Assembly (NCBI GenBank): GCA_035502185.1
Contig: DATJUT010000031.1
Span: forward strand, 87,276 to 151,275
Length of the DNA stretch: 64,000 bases
Direction: 5' to 3'
From: Gemmatimonadales bacterium
GTDB taxonomy: Bacteria > Gemmatimonadota > Gemmatimonadetes > Gemmatimonadales > JACORV01
The translations under genes and the position numbers were made by a program. The notes under the pieces were generated by a model. That model saw only the letters and a list, made by a program, of their open reading frames with translations, was not told where the DNA came from and ran no database searches. Positions 37,193 to 46,489 of this stretch are shown in pieces (position 1 is the first letter of the stretch; every line of letters begins with the position of its first letter).

Positions 37193-38047
37193 ATGATTCG
37201 CAAATGCCGCGTTTGCCCGCCGGTGCCGGAACGGACAGATTGCGTGTCCGTGACATCGTCCAACTCACGCAGCGTAGTGATTCCGGCGCTGGCCCTGCTG
37301 CTGGTCGCCGCGGTCGCGACGGACCTCGCGCGCCGGCTCCTCGGGCACACCGGGGCGCCCGGCCCGGCGGCTCCAGTCCAGCTCCAGCCCGACTCCAACG
37401 CCACGGTGGCCGGCCGGGCCGGCCGGGAGGCGCACCCCCCCGGTACGGCCGCCACCGATCGCCTCGATTCCGCCGCGCGGGCGGACGCCGTGCGCCGCAT
37501 CGAAGTCGAGGGGGCCGGCACCTACCTGCCGGCCATGCTGGCGGAGAACGATTCGGCCCTGCACCGCTGGGCGGACGAGCGCGCGACGCGCCCGCTGCGG
37601 GTGACCGTATTGCGCGGCGACGGCGTGCCGGGGTTCCGGGAGACGTTCCTCGCCAACGTCGCGTGGGCCATCGGCCGCTGGAACGGCGTCGGCCTGCCGG
37701 TATGGCTCGAGCAGAGCCCCGACTCCGACGGCGCGGACATCGTGATCGCGTGGGCGGACCGGCTGGACAGCAATCGCACGGGCAGATCCGATCTGACGTG
37801 GCAGCGACGGGGCCCGCTCGTACGAGTCCGCGTCACACTCGCCACCCACCTGCCCGACGGCCGTCAGGTGCAGCCCTCGCAGATGGTATCCCTCGCGCTG
37901 CACGAGCTCGGCCACGCCCTCGGCCTTGGCCACTCGCCGGTGAGAACGGACGCGTTATACCCCGAGACGTCGGCCACCGACCTGACGGCGCGCGATCGGC
38001 GCACCGCGACGTTGCTCTACTCCATCCCCCCGGGCTCGTTCAGGTAG
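37193..38047 (+). CDS. Metzincin-like zinc metalloprotease (matrixin/M10-like)
   Basis: TM/signal segment VVIPALALLLVAAVA. HELGHALGLGH (HExxHxxGxxH). Start taken at ATG 37193, which is uncertain. Confidence 0.7.
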   Translation: MIRKCRVCPPVPERTDCVSVTSSNSRSVVIPALALLLVAAVATDLARRLLGHTGAPGPAAPVQLQPDSNATVAGRAGREAHPPGTAATDRLDSAARADAVRRIEVEGAGTYLPAMLAENDSALHRWADERATRPLRVTVLRGDGVPGFRETFLANVAWAIGRWNGVGLPVWLEQSPDSDGADIVIAWADRLDSNRTGRSDLTWQRRGPLVRVRVTLATHLPDGRQVQPSQMVSLALHELGHALGLGHSPVRTDALYPETSATDLTARDRRTATLLYSIPPGSFR

Positions 38048-38062
38048 CTGCCGGCCGCGCGC

Positions 38063-39574
38063 TCACCGCGCCCCGGCTCCGGGCGCCGTCTGCGCCGCGG
38101 CCGCCATCCCGAGGCGGTAGCCGAACTCCGCATAGCGTACCAGGCCCGAGAACGGAAAGTCCGACGCCCACTCGTCGCCGGGCTGATGGTAGTGGTCCCA
38201 TCGCTTGCCAAGCGCCTGCGACGCTTCCGCGCTGAGCCCCTCGTATGGGGCCGCCGGGACGAGGAAGACAGCGGGCACGCCGAGCCTGAGCAGCGGGAAG
38301 TGGTCGGAGTTGGGGCTCGCCGGAGCCAGCTTCGCGTCCCAGCCCGCGCGGCGGGCGACCGCCACGGCGAGCAGTCCCAGCGGAGAGCGGTCGCCCCCGG
38401 CAACCTGCCAGTGGTTCGCCGGCGCGGGCGGCGCCCCCGCGTCGAGGTTGATCTCGGCGACGACGTGGTCCAGAGGCACCAGGGGGCGGGCGGCGAAGAA
38501 GTCGGAGCCCAGCAGTCCTCGCTCCTCGCCGGTCGGCCACAGGAAGAGCACCGAGCGCGCCGGCCGCGGGCCGGCGGCCATCGCCTTGGCGATGGCGAGC
38601 AGCATCGCGCAGCCGGCCGCGTTGTCGGAGAATCCATTGTAGATGGAATCGCCGCGCTGGTCCGGCGTCGAGATCCCGAGGTGATCGAGGTGCGCCGTGT
38701 AGGCGACGAACTCGCCACGCAGCGCGGGATCCGAGCCCGACAGGATCGCGGCCACGTTGCGGGAGACGAGCGGGTGCGAATGGAGCCCCAGACGGACGGC
38801 CACGGTCCGGCCCGGCACCAGCGCCGGTCGGTCCGCCGGCGAGCCCGCCGCCACCGCTGGCACGAGCGCGAGACTCAGCGCCGGACTCGCAATCACGTCC
38901 GGTATGGGGGGGATGAACGACGAGACCGCATGGACGCTGTCGGCGATGAAGATCCGCGACGGCCCCCGGCTGCGGACGTACAGGGCGTACGTGCCGGTGT
39001 CCGAAGTGAGCTGTATCACGCCGGTGGCGCCGCGCGCGCGCAGCGTGTCGGCGGCGGCCATGTCGGAGCCGAACGGCCCGCGGACCAGGGCGACTCGTCC
39101 GCCGAGGTCGGGCAGGTCCGTCGGACGCGCGAGCACGTCGCGCGCCGATCCCACGTAGGCCAGCTGCCCCGAGAATGGGACGAGCGTCGCCATGGTCCCG
39201 ACGTTGGGGATGAAGTCGCGCGGCGTCGAGAACTCGCGGGATGCGGGCGCGAGGGAGTCCACCGCCAGCGACAGCCCCGTGGACGAGGTATCGATCTGCG
39301 CCTCGGTGAGCGGCACGACCTGGAAGTAGCTCCCATCGGGCCCGGCGCCCTGCAGGCCCAGGGCCAGGGCCTGGGCGGCGAGGTACAGCGCGGCGACATC
39401 GTTGCCGCGCCGTCCGGTTCCCCGGCCCTCGAGCAGGTCGTGCGCGAGGAAGTAGGTGTGCGCCCGCAGGGCCAACGAATCGATCAGCGGCGGGCGTGTC
39501 GGGCGCGCGTGGCTCGGCTGGGCGACGGCCGGCGCCGCGGCAAACACAAGGGCCATAACGAGTTTCGATGTCAT
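38063..39574 (-). CDS. M28 family aminopeptidase with PA domain
   Basis: Signal MTSKLVMALVFAAAPAVAQ. AHLDHLG, NGFSDNAAGCA, FLWPTGEERGLLGS and HYHQPGDE are M28 metal-ligand blocks. Confidence 0.85.
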   Translation of the reverse strand: MTSKLVMALVFAAAPAVAQPSHARPTRPPLIDSLALRAHTYFLAHDLLEGRGTGRRGNDVAALYLAAQALALGLQGAGPDGSYFQVVPLTEAQIDTSSTGLSLAVDSLAPASREFSTPRDFIPNVGTMATLVPFSGQLAYVGSARDVLARPTDLPDLGGRVALVRGPFGSDMAAADTLRARGATGVIQLTSDTGTYALYVRSRGPSRIFIADSVHAVSSFIPPIPDVIASPALSLALVPAVAAGSPADRPALVPGRTVAVRLGLHSHPLVSRNVAAILSGSDPALRGEFVAYTAHLDHLGISTPDQRGDSIYNGFSDNAAGCAMLLAIAKAMAAGPRPARSVLFLWPTGEERGLLGSDFFAARPLVPLDHVVAEINLDAGAPPAPANHWQVAGGDRSPLGLLAVAVARRAGWDAKLAPASPNSDHFPLLRLGVPAVFLVPAAPYEGLSAEASQALGKRWDHYHQPGDEWASDFPFSGLVRYAEFGYRLGMAAAAQTAPGAGAR

Positions 39575-39614
39575 GGATTGATGCTACCGGCACCCCTGGC
39601 GCCACGGCAAGCGC

Positions 39615-40742
39615 TTGGTCAGTATTCGCCCTATGGCGGCGAAAATCCCTCGTCGGCTGGTTCCGGTGCTCGAACGCACCCAGGCTCGCGCCGCGACCCT
39701 TCAGGACGAGCTCGACCGGCGGGCGAAGCCAGGCGAGTTGTGGCACGCTGAAGGTGCCGACGGCTCGGTCCGATGCGTGGCGTGCGGGCATCGATGCCTG
39801 GTTCGCGAGGGCCGCCGCGGCATCTGCAGGGTTCGCTTCAACCAGGCCGGGACGCTCTACGTACCCTTCGGCTACGCCGCGGGCGTGCAGGTGGACCCGG
39901 TCGAGAAGAAGCCCTTCTTCCATCTCCTGCCCGGATCCGATTGCCTGACGTTCGGCATGCTCGGGTGCGACTTCCACTGCGGCTACTGCCAGAACTGGCT
40001 GACTTCGCAGGCCCTGCGTGACGCCGAGGCCGGCAGCCCCGCCAGTGACGTCCCGGCCGAGACGCTCGTGGCTCTCGGGCGGCATCACGGGGCGGCGGTC
40101 ATCGCGTCGTCGTACAACGAGCCGCTGATTACGGCGGAGTGGGGCATGGAGGTGTTCCGCCACGCCCGGGCGGCGGGCCTCAAGACCGCGTTCGTCTCCA
40201 ACGGGAACGCCACCGCCGAGGTCCTCGACTACATCCGCCCCTGGACCGACGGCTACAAGATCGACTTCAAGGCGATCCAGGACCGCGCCTATCGGTCCCT
40301 CGGCGGGGTGCTGCAGCACGTGCTCGACGCCATGCGCATGGTCCAGGATCGCGGGTTCTGGTCCGAGATCGTGACGCTCGTGGTGCCGGGCTTCAACGAC
40401 GCGGTCGACGACCTCAGGCGGATGGCGGACACCATCGCTGCGATCTCGCCCGCCATCCCCTGGCACCTGACGGCGTTCCATCAGGACTACAAGATGACGG
40501 ACCCGCGAAACACGACGACGGAGGACCTGATCCGCGCGTGCGAGATCGGCCGCGACGCCGGGCTCGAGTTCGTCTACGCAGGCAACCTGCCGGGCCGGGT
40601 GGGCCGGTGGGAACACACCTGGTGTCCCGACTGCGGCGACCTGCTCATCGAGCGGTACGGCTACCAGATCCGCCAGCAACGCGTCACACCTTCCGGACTC
40701 TGTCCTTCGTGCGGGGCCCGCATCCCGGGGATTTGGGCGTAA
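39615..40742 (+). CDS. AmmeMemoRadiSam-system-type radical SAM enzyme (PFL-activase-like)
   Basis: TTG start at 39615 (alternative ATG at 39633). N-terminal Cys cluster VRCVACGHRCLVREGRRGICRVR. Radical SAM CDFHCGYCQNW. C-terminal CPDCG...CPSCG. Confidence 0.7.
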   Translation: MVSIRPMAAKIPRRLVPVLERTQARAATLQDELDRRAKPGELWHAEGADGSVRCVACGHRCLVREGRRGICRVRFNQAGTLYVPFGYAAGVQVDPVEKKPFFHLLPGSDCLTFGMLGCDFHCGYCQNWLTSQALRDAEAGSPASDVPAETLVALGRHHGAAVIASSYNEPLITAEWGMEVFRHARAAGLKTAFVSNGNATAEVLDYIRPWTDGYKIDFKAIQDRAYRSLGGVLQHVLDAMRMVQDRGFWSEIVTLVVPGFNDAVDDLRRMADTIAAISPAIPWHLTAFHQDYKMTDPRNTTTEDLIRACEIGRDAGLEFVYAGNLPGRVGRWEHTWCPDCGDLLIERYGYQIRQQRVTPSGLCPSCGARIPGIWA

Positions 40743-41179
40743 CCGCGGAGTCGAGCCCCGGCCGCCGCCGGGGGGCCACCGTCTCCACGCCGTCGCCGGA
40801 ACCGCACGCCCGCTGGACTCTCATCTACGATGGTCAGTGCCGCTTCTGCCTTGGCTGGATCGCTCTGATCCGGCGCTGGGATCGCGCGGGGCACGTGAAC
40901 CTCGTACCGCTCCAGGATGGCGCGGCTTGGGCGGGGTTAGCGGGGCTGTCGCGGCAGGCGCTCGAGACGGCGGCTCATCTCGTGGGGCCGCGGGGTGCGA
41001 CGTACGTCGGGGCGGCGGCCGCCGGTCCGCTGCTCACGCTGCTGCCGGGCGGGCGGGTCCTCGCGGCCCCGCTCGCTTTGCCGGGCGCGGAACGAATCGC
41101 GGCCGCCGTGTATAGGTGGGTGGCGCGGCGCCGGCATCGCCTCGGCTGCGGCTCGCAGCGGTGCCACCGCCACGATTGA
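40709..41179 (+). CDS. DCC-family thiol-disulfide oxidoreductase (DUF393)
   Basis: WTLIYDGQCRFCLGWIALIRRWD is the DCC motif. The only canonical in-frame start upstream of it is GTG 40709, 34 nt inside the radical SAM gene. Confidence 0.6.
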   Translation: MRGPHPGDLGVTAESSPGRRRGATVSTPSPEPHARWTLIYDGQCRFCLGWIALIRRWDRAGHVNLVPLQDGAAWAGLAGLSRQALETAAHLVGPRGATYVGAAAAGPLLTLLPGGRVLAAPLALPGAERIAAAVYRWVARRRHRLGCGSQRCHRHD

Positions 41180-41229
41180 TGCGGCTGCGACGAGAGGCTA
41201 CGTTGCAGCATCCACCCAGGAGTTCGAGC

Positions 41230-41529
41230 ATGGTGACCGTCGAGCAGGCTCGCGACGCACTTCGCGCCGTCAAGGACCCGGAGTTGAACCTCAACGTCAT
41301 CGATCTCGGGCTGGTGTACGAGATCGAGGTGGGGGACGGCGGCGAGGTTCATGTGGAGATGACGCTGACCTCGCCCGGATGCCCGGTCGGGCCCGAGATG
41401 CTCTCCGAAGCCCACGGCGTGCTGGAGAAGCTGGATGGCGTGACGAAGGTGAATGTCGAGCTGGTCTGGGAACCGTACTGGACACCCGAGAAAATGGATC
41501 CCCGCGTTCGTTCGCTGCTCTGGGGCTAA
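41230..41529 (+). CDS. DUF59 / SufT-like Fe-S assembly protein
   Basis: ATG at 41230 preceded by AGGAG. LRAVKDPELNLNVIDLGLVYEIEV...MTLTSPGCPVGPEM is the MIP18/DUF59 signature. Confidence 0.8.
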   Translation: MVTVEQARDALRAVKDPELNLNVIDLGLVYEIEVGDGGEVHVEMTLTSPGCPVGPEMLSEAHGVLEKLDGVTKVNVELVWEPYWTPEKMDPRVRSLLWG

Positions 41530-42677
41530 CCCGCCAGCGCCTCGAGGAATCGCTCTCCCAGCAATTCGGCCTGCCACTTCCGGAGCTCGGGAATGTCGCC
41601 GAGCGCGCCGGCTTTCTTGGGCCGGGCGCGGGCGACCGCTTCGAGCGTGCCCTTGGGGCACAGCACGCCGGGCTCCAAGTGGAGTCGTTCGGCCATCTCG
41701 TTGCGGGCCCGCTTGAGCCGCTCCACCGCCAGGTCGAACGCCGGGTCGGCGAGCCGGCGCTCGGAGCGCGGGAACCGCGGGAGGTCCTTCTCCGGCACGG
41801 TGAGACCGCGCTGGATCACGTCCAGAAGCGAGGGTCCACGCTCGGTTACCAGACGCGGCGAGAGCCCGCGCACCTTGGCCAGCTCCTCGCTGGTGCGCGG
41901 CGGCGAGGCGCTCAGCGCCAACAACGCCTCGTTCGAGACGACCCGGAAGCTGGCGCGGTCCAGGTCAGCCGCGATGGCCTCCCTCCACGGCACGAGCTCC
42001 CGCAGCACCGCGAGGCCCCGCCGGTTCAGGGCCCGCGCGCCCTTGATGCGCAGGAAGGCGCCCCCGTTGGTCTCCCCAGGCGTCCAGCGCACGCCCTCCA
42101 GGCGACGGAACTCCTCTTCGGCCCACGAGAGTCGGCCCAGCTTCTCGAGCTCCGCGCGGAGCCGCTCCCGCAGCGCGAGCAGATAGCAGGTGTCAGTCGC
42201 CGCGTACTCCAGCATCTCGGAGGGAAGGGGCCGGCGGGACCAGTCGGCGCGCTGGTATTTCTTGTCGAGGGTGACGCCGACGTGCTTCTCGAGCAGCGCC
42301 GCAAGGCCGACGGCCGGCTCGCCCAGCAGGTGCGCCGCGATGCGGGTGTCGAACAGGCGCCGCGCGTGGAAGCCGTAGTCCCGATCGAGGATCCGGAGGT
42401 CGTAGTCGCCATCGTGGAATACGACCTCGACCGCCGGATCCGCGAGCAGGGTGCCCAGCCCCGACACGTCGGTCACGGTCAGCGGGTCGACGACCGCGGT
42501 CTCGCTATGGCTCGAAAGCTGAATGAGGTAGATGCGGTCGATGTGGCGATGGAAGCTCGCCGCCTCCGTGTCCATCGCGACGAGTGGCTCGCGCCTCACC
42601 CGGCGCATCAGCGCTGCGAACTCCTCGTTGCTGCGCACGTAGCGCTGAGGAAGGCGCCGATTGGAGGTCCGCACCAT
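41526..42677 (-). CDS. rnd: Ribonuclease D (DEDD 3'-5' exonuclease plus HRDC)
   Basis: VAMDTEAASFHRHIDRIYLIQL (ExoI), VFHDGDYDLRIL (ExoII), EYAATDTCYLL (ExoIII), and a C-terminal HRDC-like region. Confidence 0.85.
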   Translation of the reverse strand: MVRTSNRRLPQRYVRSNEEFAALMRRVRREPLVAMDTEAASFHRHIDRIYLIQLSSHSETAVVDPLTVTDVSGLGTLLADPAVEVVFHDGDYDLRILDRDYGFHARRLFDTRIAAHLLGEPAVGLAALLEKHVGVTLDKKYQRADWSRRPLPSEMLEYAATDTCYLLALRERLRAELEKLGRLSWAEEEFRRLEGVRWTPGETNGGAFLRIKGARALNRRGLAVLRELVPWREAIAADLDRASFRVVSNEALLALSASPPRTSEELAKVRGLSPRLVTERGPSLLDVIQRGLTVPEKDLPRFPRSERRLADPAFDLAVERLKRARNEMAERLHLEPGVLCPKGTLEAVARARPKKAGALGDIPELRKWQAELLGERFLEALAG

Positions 42678-42730
42678 GACGGTGAAGCTTGGCCGCAGTC
42701 CGAGGGTGGCGCAACTGCCGGCAACCCGAG

Positions 42731-42840
42731 TTATCCACCTCTCAACAGAAAAGTGACCAAAACATTCAACATCAATGTGTTGATTGTCGTTGATTCGTGC
42801 AGAAGTTCATGTAGATATTGCGACCCTATCATTAAACTAT
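42731..42840. other. AT-rich island with DnaA-box-like site and phased repeats (function unknown)
   Basis: TTATCCACC at 42731-42739. 42741-42840 is 36/100 G+C by hand count. ATCAATGTGTTGAT palindrome at 42771-42784. GTTGATT at 42779 and 42789. Confidence 0.5.
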
Positions 42841-43030
42841 CACGACGGTGTCACGCAACATATGAGTCGTTGTCGTGACGTTCCGCGAGACGGCAACATC
42901 TCGTTCGGCGCCGGGCACGCCGGACTGGAGCGCCGTCCCATCCTGACGCTTGAGGGGGACTGGTGCGCGGCCGGCTCACGGGCGGGGCGGCGGCTCGCCT
43001 CGTTGCGACGACATGCCAAGCTAGGATAGG

Positions 43031-44302
43031 ATGTTGCGCTTCCGGACTGGTTCGCTTGCGACCACCATCAACCCAGACGACCCGGTGAACGGACTTCCTT
43101 CGGTCGAGGTAACGGTCTATCCGTACGAGTGCGACGCGTACGGTCACATGAACCAGGCCGCCTACCTGCTGCTGTTCGAGCGCGCCCGGTGGGATGCGCT
43201 GGCAAGGGGCCCGGGGCAGGACGTGTTTCGTCGCCATGGAGTCTGGCCAGCGGTCCGCCGGGCGACAGTGGACTACCAGGCGCCGGCCTTTCCGGGCGAC
43301 GTGCTGCGCGTGGATTCCGAAGTGCAGAAGGTGGGCGGCAGCTCGCTGGAGATGCGGCAGCGAGCCACGCGGATCAGGGACGATGCGCTGGTCGCGGAGC
43401 TCCAGATCCTGTTGGTGATGATCGACGAGGCGGGGAACTCGACGCCGATGCCTCCGGAGGTTGCGGCGGTCTTTGGCGCACGCCCCACGGCGCGGCCCGG
43501 TGAGATGGCGCGCCACGATGTCGGTGACGTGACCTTGGCCGTCGATGTCCGGGGCGACGGACCCGCGCTCCTGCTGGTGCATGGTTTCCCCCTCGACCAC
43601 TCGATGTGGGCCCACCAGGTGGCCACCCTGGCGCGCTGGCGCCGCATCGCGCCCGACCTCCGCGGCGCGGGGGCCTCGGACGCGCCGGCGAGCGGCTACT
43701 CGATGGCGAGCTACGCCGACGATCTGGCGCGGCTGCTCGATCGACTCCACGTCGAGCGGGCGGTGGTCGTGGGGCTCTCGATGGGGGGGTATGTCGCGTT
43801 CGAGATGCTGCGCCGCCATCGCCAGCGCTTCATGGGCCTCGTGCTCATCGATTCGCGCGCGGACGCGGACGGGCCCGCCCAGCGCCAGGCGAGGGACGAG
43901 ATGATCGAGCTGGCCCGGTCCCGGGGCGCGGCCGCGGTTGCTGAGCGCCTCGTGCCCAGGCTGCTGGGGCGGTCCACCCAGCAGACGCAGCCCAACATCG
44001 TCGAGCAGGTGATGACGATGGTCGCGCGGACGCCGGTCGCCGGGCTCGTGGGAGCGCTGAGCGCGATGCGCGATCGTCCGGATTCAACGGCGCTGCTGCC
44101 AGGCATCGACGTCCCGACGCTCGTCGTCGTCGGGGCGGAGGACGAGGTCACTCCGCCGGCCACGGCGCGGGCCATGGCCTCGGCCATCCCTTCGGCGACG
44201 CTGACCACGATTGCCGGTGCCGGACACCTGGCTCCGCTGGAGGCGCCCACCGCGGTCACCCGGGTGATCGCGGAGTTCCTCGAGGCGTTGCCCAGGCCCT
44301 GA
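43031..44302 (+). CDS. Fusion protein: hotdog-fold acyl-CoA thioesterase (YbgC/4HBT-like) plus alpha/beta hydrolase
   Basis: N-terminal VTVYPYECDAYGHMNQAAYLLLFERARWD (4HBT). From about residue 165, LLLVHGFPLDHSMW...VVVGLSMGGYVAF (nucleophile elbow GxSxG) ...GAGHLAPLE. Confidence 0.75.
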   Translation: MLRFRTGSLATTINPDDPVNGLPSVEVTVYPYECDAYGHMNQAAYLLLFERARWDALARGPGQDVFRRHGVWPAVRRATVDYQAPAFPGDVLRVDSEVQKVGGSSLEMRQRATRIRDDALVAELQILLVMIDEAGNSTPMPPEVAAVFGARPTARPGEMARHDVGDVTLAVDVRGDGPALLLVHGFPLDHSMWAHQVATLARWRRIAPDLRGAGASDAPASGYSMASYADDLARLLDRLHVERAVVVGLSMGGYVAFEMLRRHRQRFMGLVLIDSRADADGPAQRQARDEMIELARSRGAAAVAERLVPRLLGRSTQQTQPNIVEQVMTMVARTPVAGLVGALSAMRDRPDSTALLPGIDVPTLVVVGAEDEVTPPATARAMASAIPSATLTTIAGAGHLAPLEAPTAVTRVIAEFLEALPRP

Positions 44303-44327
44303 GCGAAGTGGCGGGCGACGAAAAGCC

Positions 44328-44359
44328 GAAGCCCCGAGGCACTTGAGCCTCGGGGCTTC
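44328..44359. terminator. Bidirectional hairpin between convergent genes
   Basis: Perfect 13-bp stem GAAGCCCCGAGGC / GCCTCGGGGCTTC with loop ACTTGA, located between the stops at 44302 (+) and 44375 (-). Confidence 0.7.
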
Positions 44360-44374
44360 ATCGTTGGGGCGACG

Positions 44375-44647
44375 TCAGCTCGTCTTCTTCTGTGGCTTGC
44401 CCGGCGGCGTCGGGCTATTGAAGACGTCCCGGTTCTTCGCGATGAAGTCCTTCCACTGCGGTGGCACGTCCTCTTCGGGGAAGATCGCGGTCACCGGACA
44501 CTCCGGCTCGCAGGCCCCGCAGTCGATGCACTCGTCGGGGTGAATGTACAGCATCAGGTCGTCTTCGTAGATGCAGTCGACCGGACACACCTCGACGCAG
44601 GCGCGGTCCTTCACTCCGATGCACGGTTCCGCAATCACATACGGCAT
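44375..44647 (-). CDS. fdxA: Ferredoxin, 7Fe (3Fe-4S plus 4Fe-4S) FdxA type
   Basis: Start at [27 protein letters not shown]...[12 protein letters not shown] (ATG 44647). The upstream part of the 132-aa ORF has no ferredoxin-like sequence. Confidence 0.85.
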   Translation of the reverse strand: MPYVIAEPCIGVKDRACVEVCPVDCIYEDDLMLYIHPDECIDCGACEPECPVTAIFPEEDVPPQWKDFIAKNRDVFNSPTPPGKPQKKTS

Positions 44648-44782
44648 GCCCAGCTCCTCGGCCCAGGCGGTCAGACGAATCCTGATGACTTTGGCCGAAA
44701 TTGAGGCCGCCCTGCGCACGCTGTCAAGTGTGGAGCGCGCGCTGCCGCAGCCCGGCGAGGCCTCGTGCCGCAAGGCGGGACC

Positions 44783-44816
44783 AAGCGAAAACCCTCCCGT
44801 TCAGACCGGGAGGGTT
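44783..44816 (-). terminator. Intrinsic terminator downstream of thiC
   Basis: The minus strand has AACCCTCCCG ... CGGGAGGGTT (10-bp stem, 7-nt loop) followed by TTTCGCTT. It lies 68 nt after the thiC stop. Confidence 0.65.
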
Positions 44817-44883
44817 CTCGTTCGCTTCGCTTGCGGGTTGCGCGAGGAGTCGCCCCCCGCAGAGCCATGTTACGCGGGCGCCG

Positions 44884-46245
<1,362 letters not shown>

Positions 46246-46264
46246 GGCGTGCTCCCGTGCGGCC

Positions 46265-46405
46265 AAAGCAAAACGCCTCCCGCGTCGGGCAGGGGCCCCG
46301 AGGGAAGCGTCTTTGACCTGGAGGTGACTCCCTACGCCGGTCTGAACCGGGTCAGGTTCAAAGGGTCTGATCTCAGCCCGCCGAGGCGGGCACCCCTGTC
46401 ATGGA
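46265..46405 (-). promoter_or_regulatory. TPP (THI-box) riboswitch with putative terminator expression platform
   Basis: Minus strand CAGGGGTGCCCGCCTCGGCGGGCTGAGATCAGACCCTTTGAACCTGACCCGGTTCAGACCGGCGTAGGGA (about 46329-46398) has the GGGGUGC...CUGAGA...ACCCUUUGAACCUGA...GCGUAGGGA consensus. Downstream stem ACGCTTCCC/GGGAGGCGT (46273-46310) is followed by TTTTGCTTT. Confidence 0.9.
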
Positions 46406-46489
46406 ATCCAATGTAGGACCGCAGGGATTCCGGGACAAGCGTCCCCCGGCGAGCCGGGCGACCGGCCGACCTGATCTGCCCTCGTCCGG

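Noticed and set aside
42784-43029. 81-aa ORF inside the AT-rich spacer.
   Set aside because: It has no Shine-Dalgarno and a non-ATG start. Codon usage in its first half is AT-rich and unlike all other genes here. It has no motif. I consider it non-coding, but it could be re-examined if ribosome profiling data exist.
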